Shown one piece after another: positions 39,463 to 49,862 of a DNA stretch of 64,000 nt (position 1 is the first letter of the stretch; each line of letters starts with the position of its first letter). The notes beneath the pieces are model-generated. The model was not told the DNA's origin and ran no database searches. It worked only from the letters and a program-made list of their open reading frames with translations. The stretch comes from Sedimentisphaerales bacterium. GTDB lineage: Bacteria; Planctomycetota; Phycisphaerae; Sedimentisphaerales; Anaerobacaceae. The position numbers were made by a program, and so were the translations under genes. Location of the stretch: the NCBI GenBank assembly GCA_963708075.1, contig OY970194.1, forward strand, positions 6,624,001-6,688,000. Reading direction: 5' to 3'.

Positions 39463-42330
39463 ATGGATCGCCTAAGGGGCATCGTGGCCTTCACGGCAGT
39501 TCAGTTGTTGATTGCAGGTTGCGGGTCTGTGCAACACTCGGAGTCTCCAACTGATAACAATGCACGGCAGACAGTGGATTTCAATCGCGACTGGAAGTTC
39601 GCCAAAGGCAGCCAAGCCGGGGCGGAGAAGGCTGACTTCGATGACTCCGGGTGGCAGGTGGTCCGATTGCCGCACGACTGGGCGATCTCCGGGCCGTTCA
39701 ATCCGAGCGAAAACGGCTACGCCGGCAAGCTGCCCTGGAAGGGCGAGGGCTGGTATCGGAAGACATTCACGCTCGACAAGGGAGCCGACGGCCGGCGGGT
39801 TTACTTCGACTTCGGCGGCGTGATGGCGTTTCCCAAGGTTTATGTCAACGGGCAGTTGGCCGGCCAGTGGGATTATGGCTATATGTCCTTCCGCGTGGAT
39901 GCCACGCCTTTCGTGAAATTTGGCCAAGCCAATACGATTGCTGTTTATGTGGACACGCGGAGCCACGGCACGCGCTGGTACCCCGGTGCGGGGATCTATC
40001 GCAAGGTGACCATGACGGTCTGCAATCCGATGCACCTGGCCCGCTGGGGCACCTTTGTGACCACCCCGAGCGTGGATGACAAGACTGCCACTGTTCACAT
40101 GCGCTCGACTATCGAGAATCATCTCGCGGCCGACTCTCCGGCGGTGGTCCTTGTCACGCTGCTTGACCCGGCCGGCAAGACTGTGACGCTAGGGAAAAAG
40201 TCGGACACCATCCCCGCCGGCGGGGCACGGGAGTTTGACTTGTCTTTTACCATTGCGAAGCCTCAGCGATGGGACATTGGCAAGCCGAGGCTATACACCG
40301 TTAAGGTTGTTGTGTGGGCGCGCGATAAAGTCGTGGATAGGGATGATGTTCCGTTTGGCATCCGGACATTCGAGTTCACGGCCGATGACGGCTTCCATCT
40401 CAACGGTCGCCGGGTACAGCTCTACGGCGTCTGCCTGCACCACGACCAGGGGCCACTTGGGGGCGCGTTCTACCCTCGTGCTATGGAGCGGCAGTTGGAG
40501 ATCATGCGGGACATGGGCGTCAATGCCATCCGCACGAGTCATAACCCCCCAGCCCCGGAGTTGCTTGATCTGTGCGACCGGATGGGCTTTGTCGTGTGGG
40601 ACGAGGCGTTCGACAAGTGGGACGGCACGGCCGACCGCGTTCGGGGCGAGCCGCCACTGGAGCCGTACGGCGAGAAGCAGATTCGCAATCTGGTGATGCG
40701 GGACCGCAATCATCCTTCTGTCGTCGTCTGGTCGATTGGCAATGAGATCGGCGAGGGTGGCAGGGAGGGAGTCACGCCGGAGCGCGTGAAGTTCATGAGC
40801 GAGTTCGTACGCAAGTACGACCCGACCCGGCCGGTGGGTATGGCCAACCATATCCCCGCCATGGCCGAGCGGCCGAACTTCGACGCCCTCGACCTGACCG
40901 GATGGAACTACAGCCGCCGATACGCGATCTACAGGCAGCGATACCCCGACAAGCCGATCATTTACAGTGAGTCGGCCTCGGCCCTGAGCACGCGAGGGTT
41001 CTACGAGTTACCTTTGCCCAGCGAGAAAACCCAGTACTCGAAGCAGCTCCAAGTGGATTCCTACGACTTGAACGCCGCCGCATGGTCGGACATCGCCGAT
41101 GCTGAGTTTCAGTTGATGGAAAAGGACAAATTCGTGGCGGGTGAGTTCGTGTGGACGGGCTTCGACTACCTCGGCGAACCGACGCCCTTCAGCCAGGAAG
41201 CGAAAAGCTCGTACTTCGGCATCGTGGACCTGGCCGGCATCCCCAAGGACCGGTATTACCTCTATCGCAGCTATTGGCAGCCGGACACGACCACCATCCA
41301 CATCCTGCCCCATTGGAACTGGCCCGACCGCGTCGGCCAGAACGTGCCGGTCTTCGTGTACACCAATGGCGATTCCGCCGAGCTGTTCCTGAACGGCAAA
41401 TCACTCGGGAAGCGAACAAAGGGCGTTCTGCCGGATAGGCCCGCGAATTTCGCAAAAGGCAAGCCTGTCACAGCCAGCTCCGAGGAATCGGGCAAGGGAA
41501 ACCTGATGGCCCTTGCCAACGATGGTGACGCCTCCACCCGCTGGTGTGCGGCGGATGCCACCGCAAATCAGTGGTGGCAGGTCGATCTAGGCCAGGTCCA
41601 GCCGGTGCGATACTTGCTCCTGGAATTTGAGCGAGAGGCGAAGAACTACGGGTATGAAGTCAAAGCCTCGACCGATGCCTCTGCCTGGCAAACTATCGCG
41701 AGCAAGAGTACGAGCAGGCAGCCGCAATGGGGCGGGCCCACGCAGGCATTCCACGACGTGGACGCGCAGGCCCGGTACCTGCGCATCGAGTTTACGCAAC
41801 TGCAGGGAGGGGCCTGGGCCGGGCTCAAGGAGTTCGGCGCCTATCCAGCCAAGGCGGAGTCCTCCTACTACGATGTCACCTACAAGTACCGACTTCGGTG
41901 GAACGATGTCGTGTACGAGCCGGGCGAGTTGAAAGTGATCGCATACAAGGACGGCACATCGATTGGCGAGGCTGTGATGCGAACTGCCGGGGCACCAGCG
42001 GCCATCCGCCTGACGCCGGACCGGAAGAAACTTACGGCTACGGGCGATGACCTGTGCTACATCCTTGTTGAAGGCTTGGACAGCAGGGGGACGCTGTGTC
42101 CGCTCGCGGACAATCTCGTTCGCTTCAAAGTCGATGGTCCGGCGGAGATTGCGGGCGTCGGCAACGGCAACCCCATGTCCATCGAGCCGTTCCAGGCGGA
42201 CTATCGCAAGCTCTTTTTCGGCAAAGCGATGCTGATCCTGCGAACGAAGGAAGGAGCACAGGGCTCAGTGCGCGTCACTGCCGAGAGTGAGGGCCTGACT
42301 TCAGGCGAGACGACGGTTAAATGTCAATGA
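39463..42330 (+). CDS. GH2 beta-galactosidase lipoprotein with an inserted discoidin (F5/8C, CBM32-like) domain
   Basis: LIAGC lipobox; LPHDW, RWYPGAGIYR, RTSHNPP, WSIGNE and WTGFDYLGEP motifs. Confidence 0.92.
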   Translation: MDRLRGIVAFTAVQLLIAGCGSVQHSESPTDNNARQTVDFNRDWKFAKGSQAGAEKADFDDSGWQVVRLPHDWAISGPFNPSENGYAGKLPWKGEGWYRKTFTLDKGADGRRVYFDFGGVMAFPKVYVNGQLAGQWDYGYMSFRVDATPFVKFGQANTIAVYVDTRSHGTRWYPGAGIYRKVTMTVCNPMHLARWGTFVTTPSVDDKTATVHMRSTIENHLAADSPAVVLVTLLDPAGKTVTLGKKSDTIPAGGAREFDLSFTIAKPQRWDIGKPRLYTVKVVVWARDKVVDRDDVPFGIRTFEFTADDGFHLNGRRVQLYGVCLHHDQGPLGGAFYPRAMERQLEIMRDMGVNAIRTSHNPPAPELLDLCDRMGFVVWDEAFDKWDGTADRVRGEPPLEPYGEKQIRNLVMRDRNHPSVVVWSIGNEIGEGGREGVTPERVKFMSEFVRKYDPTRPVGMANHIPAMAERPNFDALDLTGWNYSRRYAIYRQRYPDKPIIYSESASALSTRGFYELPLPSEKTQYSKQLQVDSYDLNAAAWSDIADAEFQLMEKDKFVAGEFVWTGFDYLGEPTPFSQEAKSSYFGIVDLAGIPKDRYYLYRSYWQPDTTTIHILPHWNWPDRVGQNVPVFVYTNGDSAELFLNGKSLGKRTKGVLPDRPANFAKGKPVTASSEESGKGNLMALANDGDASTRWCAADATANQWWQVDLGQVQPVRYLLLEFEREAKNYGYEVKASTDASAWQTIASKSTSRQPQWGGPTQAFHDVDAQARYLRIEFTQLQGGAWAGLKEFGAYPAKAESSYYDVTYKYRLRWNDVVYEPGELKVIAYKDGTSIGEAVMRTAGAPAAIRLTPDRKKLTATGDDLCYILVEGLDSRGTLCPLADNLVRFKVDGPAEIAGVGNGNPMSIEPFQADYRKLFFGKAMLILRTKEGAQGSVRVTAESEGLTSGETTVKCQ

Positions 42331-42362
42331 TGCGGCATATTGGGAAAGGCAGGGGAGATACG

Positions 42363-44012
42363 ATGAGAATGAGGCAGATCATCGGGATCGTCGTACTGTT
42401 GACTGGCAGCGGGGCACTGGGCGCCGATGCGGACATCCGGCTGAATTCGCTTGGTTTTCTACCCGACGGCTCCAAGAAGGCGACAGTCGTTGTCGCGTGT
42501 ACCGATTTCTCGGTCAAGAGAGCATCGGACAGCAATGCCGTGTATTCCGCTAAGGCCACGGGGCCAGTGTACCAGGAGGATGTGAAACAAAACGTCTGGG
42601 TCGCGGATTTCTCGCAAGTGAGCGAGAAAGGCACGTTCTACCTGGACGTGCCGGGCGTGGGTCGGTCGGCGGATTTTGAGATCGGAGATGCCGTCTACGA
42701 TTTCGCGTTCTACACGGCCATACGGGGCTTCTATCTCTGGCGGTGTGGCACGGCAGTCAGCGGCGAGCATGACGGGCAGACATACGCCCATGCCGCCTGT
42801 CACATGAACGATGCGTACGAGGATTACGTCGGAAGGTCGAACTCCCGGCGGGACGGCACCGGCGGCTGGCACGATGCCGGCGATTACGGCAAGTACGTCG
42901 TCAATGCCGGCGTCACGATGGGCTGCCTGTTCCTCGCCTGGGACCATTTTCAGAACGATCTCAACGATATTTCGCTGAATCTGCCCGACACGGCGCCGGG
43001 GTATCCCGATTTTCTCGAGGAGCTCAAATGGGAGACGGACTGGCTGCTCAAAATGCCGTACGGGGACGGTTCGGGCGTGGTCTCGCACAAGCTGACACGC
43101 CTGAATTTCGAAGGCTTCATCATGCCTGAGAAGGACACCGGCAAGCGTTACTTCACCGAATGGAGCTCGGCGGCGGTCGCCGATTTCGTCGCCATGATGG
43201 CGATGGCGGCGAGGTATTTCAAGCCGTACGATCCCAACTACGCGCAGCTTTGTCTCGATGCCGCAGAGGAGAGCTACGCATTTCTGACGGCCAATCCGAA
43301 GAACAAAGCGTTCGTCCAGGGCAGCTTCCAGACGGGCGGCTACCAGACCAGCGACTCCGACGACCGCCTGTGGGCCGCTGCCGAGATGTGGGAAACGACG
43401 GGCAGGGCCGAATGCCTCAAGGATTTCGAGACAAGAGCGGCTGCCGGTTCGACGACCAGGATCGACGAGAACTGGGACTGGGGCAGCGTTCGAAATCTCG
43501 GCATGTTCACCTACGTCCTGTCCCAGCAGGAGGGCCGGGACCCCAACCTGGTGGAGCGAGTCCGTCATGACGTGGTGGCGGTGGCCAGTGCCCTCGTCAC
43601 CAAGGCGAAGCAGGACGTGTACGGCCGGCCACTGGCAGGCAGGTACTATTGGGGCTGCAACGGGACCGTCGCCCGGCAGGTGCTGAATCTGCAGGTAGCC
43701 AACAAGGTGTCGCCGAATCCGGAGTACGTGAACGTGGCCCTGGATGCCGTCGCCCATCTATTTGGCCGGAACTACTATGGCCGCTCCTACGTTACCGGAC
43801 TGGGCCGGCAGCCTCCGATGAATCCGCACGATCGTCGCTCGGGCGCCGACGGCATCAAGGCCCCATGGCCCGGCTACCTCATCGGAGGCGGCCACACCGC
43901 CACGGACTGGAGCGACACCCAGGCCGACTACGAAACCAACGAGATCGCCATAAACTGGCAGGGTGCCTTGGTTTACGCCCTGGCGGGCTTTGTCAGCAGC
44001 CCCGCGCAATAA
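42363..44012 (+). CDS. GH9 endoglucanase with N-terminal Ig-like domain
   Basis: GGWHDAGDYGKY, HDRRS and NEIAINW motifs. Confidence 0.92.
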   Translation: MRMRQIIGIVVLLTGSGALGADADIRLNSLGFLPDGSKKATVVVACTDFSVKRASDSNAVYSAKATGPVYQEDVKQNVWVADFSQVSEKGTFYLDVPGVGRSADFEIGDAVYDFAFYTAIRGFYLWRCGTAVSGEHDGQTYAHAACHMNDAYEDYVGRSNSRRDGTGGWHDAGDYGKYVVNAGVTMGCLFLAWDHFQNDLNDISLNLPDTAPGYPDFLEELKWETDWLLKMPYGDGSGVVSHKLTRLNFEGFIMPEKDTGKRYFTEWSSAAVADFVAMMAMAARYFKPYDPNYAQLCLDAAEESYAFLTANPKNKAFVQGSFQTGGYQTSDSDDRLWAAAEMWETTGRAECLKDFETRAAAGSTTRIDENWDWGSVRNLGMFTYVLSQQEGRDPNLVERVRHDVVAVASALVTKAKQDVYGRPLAGRYYWGCNGTVARQVLNLQVANKVSPNPEYVNVALDAVAHLFGRNYYGRSYVTGLGRQPPMNPHDRRSGADGIKAPWPGYLIGGGHTATDWSDTQADYETNEIAINWQGALVYALAGFVSSPAQ

Positions 44013-44014
44013 GC

Positions 44015-44057
44015 AAAAAAACAGGGTGTGCCGAACTGAGCACACCCTGCGTCTTTC
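44015..44057. terminator. Intrinsic terminator between convergent genes, probably bidirectional
   Basis: A7 run then CAGGGTGTGC-loop-GCACACCCTG perfect 10-bp stem. Confidence 0.8.
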
Positions 44058-44072
44058 ATGAATTGCCTCCGA

Positions 44073-44711
44073 CTATTGGGGTGGAGGGCTGTCAGGCAGA
44101 GGATCTCCGGGCGGGGGCCCATCTGGTGGAGAGTTCGGCCCTCTCATGTCGCGGAACCCGCGGTCGCGGTGGCCATCGGGACCACTTGGTCTGTTGGGGC
44201 CACCCTGATGGTCGGGTCTACCCCTTCGGTCGGGTCCACCGGGGCCACTTGGACCGCCTGGTCCACGAGGTCGCCAATGACCCATATGTCGGTTGAATTC
44301 ATCCTGCCACTTGGTAAACTGCTCGGGCGTGAGGATGCTCTTCATAGATGCGACAAACTCCTCACGTTCCTTCCGCTGCAACTCCATCATTGTTTCCCAT
44401 TGTTTTCGGGCCGCGGCCAAACGCTGGCTGAACATGTCCTTGATCTGCTGGACCTGCTCGTCAGTCAGGCTCAAATCGGCACGCCATCGATCGATTAGCT
44501 CATTTGGTGGACCGGGCGGCCTTTCACCACCTATTGGCGGGAATCGTATGATTCTGTCCTTGAGCGAGAGGATGGTGCCACCGACGCCGATGCCTATGCC
44601 GGAGGCGAGAATCACGGCGGCGACGATGACCTGGCTGATGATCTGTCGACGGGTGAACGGCCACTTCGACCGGGGCGTCACGGGATGAACGGGTTTCGTT
44701 TCGTCTACCAT
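44073..44711 (-). CDS. Membrane-anchored Spy/CpxP-like (periplasmic heavy-metal sensor-type) protein with Gly/Pro-rich tail
   Basis: One TM helix; LSLTDEQ and ILTPEQ motifs. Confidence 0.7.
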   Translation of the reverse strand: MVDETKPVHPVTPRSKWPFTRRQIISQVIVAAVILASGIGIGVGGTILSLKDRIIRFPPIGGERPPGPPNELIDRWRADLSLTDEQVQQIKDMFSQRLAAARKQWETMMELQRKEREEFVASMKSILTPEQFTKWQDEFNRHMGHWRPRGPGGPSGPGGPDRRGRPDHQGGPNRPSGPDGHRDRGFRDMRGPNSPPDGPPPGDPLPDSPPPQ

Positions 44712-44968
44712 AACCGTATTTCCGGCAGGGGGGCTACCAGCTCCATGAGAGGACTATTCATGTATTGCCAGAATTGGACGGCCAGGAACAGGATGATCGA
44801 GGCCGCCGCGGCCGACAGCCCGCCGAACAGGCCCAGCGGGATCAGCGTGACCGACGGCCGGCTCTCGGATTGAATCCGCAGCCGGACCATCTCCGCCACG
44901 CCGAACACGGGCGTCTGCTCCTCGCGGGCTCTGCGAGCCAGTTTTGCAAGACCCTCTAAAGTGTCCAT
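44705..44968 (-). CDS. Small single-TM protein, probable anti-sigma factor
   Basis: Overlaps the ECF sigma stop; cytoplasmic N-terminus followed by a TM helix. Confidence 0.65.
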   Translation of the reverse strand: MDTLEGLAKLARRAREEQTPVFGVAEMVRLRIQSESRPSVTLIPLGLFGGLSAAAASIILFLAVQFWQYMNSPLMELVAPLPEIRLW

Positions 44969-45531
44969 CCGAGTTTCTCCAAAAGATGTTCTCTCTCGGC
45001 TATTTCTTTCATTTTCCTGCGAGCCCGAAGCGCCTGGGTTTTGACCTTTGCCCGGCTCCATCCCATCTGCTCGGCGATCTCCTGCGTGCCGCACCGCTCG
45101 AAGTACAGCAGCGTCAGCACCAGCCGGTCGGGCGCGGGCAGTCGGGCGAGCAGGGCTTGCAGCACCGCCGCCGCTTCGGCCGGATCGATGCGCTCCTCAT
45201 CTTCCTGCGCCTCGATCTTTTCCATGATTTCAAAGTCCGGCAGGGGCATCTCCTGCGGCTCCCTGGCCTTCTCCCGCCAGAACTTATAGCCCGTGCGGGT
45301 GGCGATCCGCCGAAGCCAGTGCAGCAATGGGGCGTCGCCACGATAAGTTTTCAAGCTGAAATACGCTTCGACAAACACTTGCTGCACAAGCTCCTCGCAT
45401 TGCACCGGGTCCCGCGTGAAACGCCAGAGCAGGCCGGTGATCTGCTTTTCATACCGGCGGACCAGTCTTTCATAGGCGTCTTCGTCGCCCTGGACCGACG
45501 CCTTTACATCCAACCAGTCTGTGTTTTCCAC
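44956..45531 (-). CDS. ECF RNA polymerase sigma factor (start codon uncertain)
   Basis: Region 2 (GDEDAYERLVRRY, EELVQQVF, HWLRRIA) and region 4 (EIAEQMGWSRAKVKTQALRAR). Confidence 0.9.
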   Translation of the reverse strand: MENTDWLDVKASVQGDEDAYERLVRRYEKQITGLLWRFTRDPVQCEELVQQVFVEAYFSLKTYRGDAPLLHWLRRIATRTGYKFWREKAREPQEMPLPDFEIMEKIEAQEDEERIDPAEAAAVLQALLARLPAPDRLVLTLLYFERCGTQEIAEQMGWSRAKVKTQALRARRKMKEIAEREHLLEKLGWTL

Positions 45532-45846
45532 AAGCGCTATTCTACCGGATCGTTCTCGATCTTCCAACAACCCCTCGGCAGGGCAGCATTGGCACGGTGC
45601 ATCTGTCATTGATTCACTTGCTCCACCCTGATAGTGGCACAAGACATGCGCCGGTGACAGTAAAAACGGCCGAATACGGCTCAATAGTGAAAAGCGTGGT
45701 CCGGTGTAACCATCCCCGGTTCCACGCCACTTACAGGGTGTAATACGACAGTCCTGAGTTTTGAGTGTTGAGCTCTCCATCAAACCGTTTTCCAGTCGAG
45801 CAGGAAGCGTGAGCACTCAAAGCCATCATGTGAAGGAGTCAGGGCC

Positions 45847-46074
45847 ATGAGTTCAGAGGAAATGAGAGTTGAGCTTGAAGCGTTCGTCAATACAGGTCTG
45901 CAGGAAGGCTGGGGCGGCTGGCCGTTGAAGGAAGAAACCCGGATGAATCAGACATCAGGCGTGCTGCATGCAGGACCGATAAAATTCCGGCGCCGGCAAA
46001 ACATCCCGGCAACCGCTGCCCGCGGACGACTACAGGCTTTCCGTGCCGGCGGCCGATATTTTGTGGAGAATTGA
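45847..46074 (+). CDS. Possible small hypothetical protein
   Basis: AAGGAG RBS before ATG; no recognisable motif. Confidence 0.3.
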   Translation: MSSEEMRVELEAFVNTGLQEGWGGWPLKEETRMNQTSGVLHAGPIKFRRRQNIPATAARGRLQAFRAGGRYFVEN

Positions 46075-46144
46075 AAAAGTTGGGCAATGGCCCGATAAGT
46101 TCAACGTAAAGCAGGGTTTGGTCGATTTAAGAAGGAGTCAGAAA

Positions 46145-46717
46145 ATGAAAAGACAGGTGATCGTGATCGGAATTGCTGCGTGTGTGCTGGCCCTGGCGGT
46201 TGGGGGACTGTCCATTGCCCAGCCGCCCCAAGGCGGCAGGGACCGAGGTCCGGCCGGACCGGGACAGTTTGATCCCGAGCAGATGCGCCAGAGGATGACG
46301 CAGCGGATGAAGGAGCAATTGGGCGCCGACGACGAGGCTTGGAAGGTCCTGGAGCCCCGGCTGATGAAGGTCATGGAACTGAATCGCCAGGTTGGAGGCG
46401 GTCCCGGCGGCATGTTCGGTATGTTCGGCCGTGGTGGCCCGGCAGGCAACCGCAGTGATCGCGGACCTCGGGATGGACAGAATGCGCCGGGCCGGCCCGC
46501 CGACCAGCAAACGGCGGTCCAGAAGGCTACCGAGCAATTGCGGACCACGCTCGATAATCAGTCGGCAGCGCCGGAGGAGATTAAGAAGAACTTGACGGCC
46601 CTTCGCGAGGCTCGCGAGAAGGCCAAGCAGGAGTTGGCGACGGCCCAGCAGGAGCTGAGGCAGATCCTCACCGTCCGCCAGGAAGCACAGTTGGTCATGA
46701 TGGGACAATTGCCCTGA
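46145..46717 (+). CDS. Exported helical Gly/Pro/Met-rich protein (Spy-like), first gene of the T2SS operon
   Basis: AAGGAG RBS, signal peptide, C-terminal LTVRQEAQLV. Confidence 0.8.
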   Translation: MKRQVIVIGIAACVLALAVGGLSIAQPPQGGRDRGPAGPGQFDPEQMRQRMTQRMKEQLGADDEAWKVLEPRLMKVMELNRQVGGGPGGMFGMFGRGGPAGNRSDRGPRDGQNAPGRPADQQTAVQKATEQLRTTLDNQSAAPEEIKKNLTALREAREKAKQELATAQQELRQILTVRQEAQLVMMGQLP

Positions 46718-46731
46718 GCACAAGGGGTCCA

Positions 46732-48450
46732 ATGAACGCACTCGTAAATAGAATGGTCAGTCAGGGTCTGATTGACGAATCCGCGGCCCGGGGGATTGCC
46801 GGTCTGCTCGCCGAGGGTGAGCCGCCCGCCCGGGCCTTCGCGGTCAATGGCGTCGCCGAGGAAAGCCTGCTGCGGTTCCTTGCCCGCGAGCTCAACCTCA
46901 CGTTTGTCGAGCTGGAGCAACGGACGTTCTCCAAGGAGTTTCTCGCCCGGTTTCCCGCCCGCATCCTGCTGGACAGGCACATCATGCCCATTGAGGGGGA
47001 GCACGATGAGCTGTTGGCCGTGACGAGCAACCCGTTCGACACGTCGGCGATTGATGAGCTGCGCCTGGTGACCGGCAGGGACTTCCAGATCGCGCTGGCC
47101 CCGCTGGCGGAGATCGACCGGTGCATCAAGCGGTACCTGGGGGTGGGGGCCGACACGGTGCAATCGATGATCTCGGAGGCCGGCGAGAATGGTATCCAGG
47201 TCATCGACACGGACGCGGACGAGGACATGGACCTGACGCAGGCGGCCGAAGGCGCCTCCATCATCCGTTTCGTCAATCAAATCCTGACCGAGGCCATCGA
47301 ATTGCGGGCCACGGATGTGCACATCGAGCCGTTCGAAGAGTCCCTGCGGGTGCGGTACCGCATCGATGGCGTTCTGCAGGAGGCCTCGGTCGCTCCCGAG
47401 GTCAAGCAGTTCCAGGCGGCCATCGTCTCCCGCTTGAAGATTCTGAGCAAGCTGGACATCGCGGAAAAGCGTATCCCGCAGGACGGCCGCATTAAGATTA
47501 TCATCGCCGGCCGGGAAATCGACGTCCGCGTCTCGGTGATCCCCATGCTCTATGGCGAGGCGGTTGTGCTGCGTCTCCTGGATCGGTCCTCGGTCCTATT
47601 GGGACTGAACAAGCTGGGCATGTCCCAGCGGGACCTGGGAATCACGCGAATCATTCTCGAACGGCCGCACGGAATCATCCTGGTGACGGGCCCGACCGGG
47701 AGCGGCAAGACCACGACGTTGTATGCGGCCCTGTCGTGCATCAACGACATTCAGCGAAAGATCATCACCATCGAGGACCCCATCGAATATCAGCTCCACG
47801 GCGTGAATCAAATCCAGATCTCTCGCAAGGCCGGGCTGACGTTCGCCAGCGGTTTGCGATCCATTCTGCGTCACGACCCCGATGTCGTCCTTGTTGGCGA
47901 AATCCGCGACTCGGAAACGGCGGAAATCGCCATCCAGGCCTCGCTGACCGGCCACCTGGTCTTCTCGACGCTGCACACGAACGACGCTCCCAGCGCCTTG
48001 ACCCGGCTGGTGGATATGGGAATCGAGCCGTACCTGGTGGCCTCCTCGCTGGAGGCCATCCTGGCGCAGCGACTGGTGCGGGTGATCTGCCCCGACTGCA
48101 AGGAGTCGCTCACCGAACATGAGATGGCGCCGCTGCGGCGGCGGTTCGGAGACGAGTTGCCCCCCGTGCTTTACAGGGGCCACGGCTGTCGGCTCTGCCA
48201 GGAGACCGGATATCGCGGCCGGATCGGCATTTTTGAGCTGATGGTGGTCACGGACGAAATTCGTTCCCGCATCCTGGAGAACACGTCGGCGCCCGAGCTG
48301 CGCAAGCTGGCGGCCACGCAGGGCATGCTGAGCCTTCGCGATGATGGATTCAGGCACCTGTACGAAGGGCGCACAACAATCGAAGAGATCCTCCGGGTCA
48401 CCAAGGACGACGCGTTCGACCTGACTCGGCTTCAGCAGGCGGAGAAATAG
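46732..48450 (+). CDS. gspE: Type II secretion ATPase GspE
   Basis: GPTGSGKTTT, TIEDPIEY, LRHDPDV, GHLVFSTLHTND and tetracysteine motifs. Confidence 0.95.
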   Translation: MNALVNRMVSQGLIDESAARGIAGLLAEGEPPARAFAVNGVAEESLLRFLARELNLTFVELEQRTFSKEFLARFPARILLDRHIMPIEGEHDELLAVTSNPFDTSAIDELRLVTGRDFQIALAPLAEIDRCIKRYLGVGADTVQSMISEAGENGIQVIDTDADEDMDLTQAAEGASIIRFVNQILTEAIELRATDVHIEPFEESLRVRYRIDGVLQEASVAPEVKQFQAAIVSRLKILSKLDIAEKRIPQDGRIKIIIAGREIDVRVSVIPMLYGEAVVLRLLDRSSVLLGLNKLGMSQRDLGITRIILERPHGIILVTGPTGSGKTTTLYAALSCINDIQRKIITIEDPIEYQLHGVNQIQISRKAGLTFASGLRSILRHDPDVVLVGEIRDSETAEIAIQASLTGHLVFSTLHTNDAPSALTRLVDMGIEPYLVASSLEAILAQRLVRVICPDCKESLTEHEMAPLRRRFGDELPPVLYRGHGCRLCQETGYRGRIGIFELMVVTDEIRSRILENTSAPELRKLAATQGMLSLRDDGFRHLYEGRTTIEEILRVTKDDAFDLTRLQQAEK

Positions 48451-48465
48451 CGGCAAGGTCAAGGC

Positions 48466-49677
48466 ATGGCGACATTCGTGTACAAGGCGATTGATGCACA
48501 GGGACGGCAGGTGGCGGATAAGCTCGTCGCGCCGGACCGTGCCTCGGCGATTGAGGAACTCTGTGGTAAGAGCCTCAGCCCGGTTTCCGTGGAAAGGCAG
48601 GAGGACCGCCGGACGGAGGGCCTGACCGTGCGCATCGGCCGTGTCTCCAAGGGCGAAGTCGAGGCGTTCACCCGGCAATTGGCCAATCTCCTGGCGGCGG
48701 GTGTGCCCCTGAGCCGGGCCCTGAATATCCTCAGTCGGGAAGCCACGCGACCGGCCGCCGCAAGACTCTGGGCGACCGTGCACGACCAGGTGGCAGGCGG
48801 GGCATCTTTGGCGGATACATTCGCTCAGCACCCCAAGGTGTTCTCGCCTGTGTACGTCGCCATGGTTCGCGCCGGCGAGACAGGCGGCTTTCTCGATGTT
48901 GTGCTCGAACAGATTGCCACGTTCCGCTCGCGCGAGCAGGACCTCAAAGGCAAGGTCACATCGGCCCTGATCTATCCGATGATCTTGTCGGTGCTTGCCA
49001 CCGGGATCCTGGCGTTTCTGCTGATCTACTTCATCCCGCGATTTTCGCTGATGTTTGCGGAACTCGGCGGGTCGTTGCCGACATTGACAAAGGCGATCGT
49101 GGGGGTCAGCGGGCTGGTGGTCCGTTACTGGTTCGTCCTGGTGCTTGTTGTCGCTCTGATCGTCTTCGGGATTCAGCGGGCATTGGCGCACGAGGAAGGA
49201 CGTCGCATCCTGGAGCGTGTGATGCTCCAATCGCCGTTGTTTGGCCGGGCGGTGTCGAGATTCGCCCTCGTGCGATTCTGCCGGATGCTGGGCACGCTCA
49301 TCGAGGCCGGTGTGCCGCTCGTGGCGGCCCTGCGCGTGGCCAAGGAAGCCATCGGCAACCAGGTCCTGGCGGACACGGTGGACGGTGCGATCGGGGACGT
49401 CCAGCGCGGGACTGCTTTGGCCCGCAGCCTGGAGAGCTGTCGCGTGCTATTCCCGGCTTCGGTAATCGAGATGGTTTCGGTGGCGGAGGAAAGCGGCCGG
49501 TTGGACAAAGAGCTGACCCGCCTGGCCGCCGCCTACGAGCAGGAGCTGGATCGGTACCTTAAGATGCTGGTAGCGCTGGTGGAGCCGGCCCTGCTGTTCG
49601 TCATGGCGGCGCTGGTCGGCACAATCGTCATTGGGATGATCCTGCCCATCTTCAATATGCAGGAATTGATTCGGTAA
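48466..49677 (+). CDS. gspF: Type II secretion inner-membrane platform protein GspF
   Basis: FTRQLANLLAAGVPL, AGETGG, YP and EESG motifs. Confidence 0.95.
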   Translation: MATFVYKAIDAQGRQVADKLVAPDRASAIEELCGKSLSPVSVERQEDRRTEGLTVRIGRVSKGEVEAFTRQLANLLAAGVPLSRALNILSREATRPAAARLWATVHDQVAGGASLADTFAQHPKVFSPVYVAMVRAGETGGFLDVVLEQIATFRSREQDLKGKVTSALIYPMILSVLATGILAFLLIYFIPRFSLMFAELGGSLPTLTKAIVGVSGLVVRYWFVLVLVVALIVFGIQRALAHEEGRRILERVMLQSPLFGRAVSRFALVRFCRMLGTLIEAGVPLVAALRVAKEAIGNQVLADTVDGAIGDVQRGTALARSLESCRVLFPASVIEMVSVAEESGRLDKELTRLAAAYEQELDRYLKMLVALVEPALLFVMAALVGTIVIGMILPIFNMQELIR

Positions 49678-49685
49678 TGGTGTTG

Positions 49686-49862
49686 ATTGCGGAGTGCGGA
49701 TTGCGGAATGCGGAATAGATTCGCAATCGCCCATCCGTGGTCGAACAACTGAGGATATGATATGAGAACATGGCTGCAGAACACCAATCGCAGAATTCGA
49801 ATGTCAGATTGCAGGTACAACTCACAGGTTCTACTCCGCACTCCGCATTCCGCAATCCGCAA
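49686..49862. repeat. Inverted pair of heptamer tandem arrays around the gspG start
   Basis: (AnTGCGG)x4 at 49686-49713 and (TCCGCAn)x4 at 49835-49862. Confidence 0.85.
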
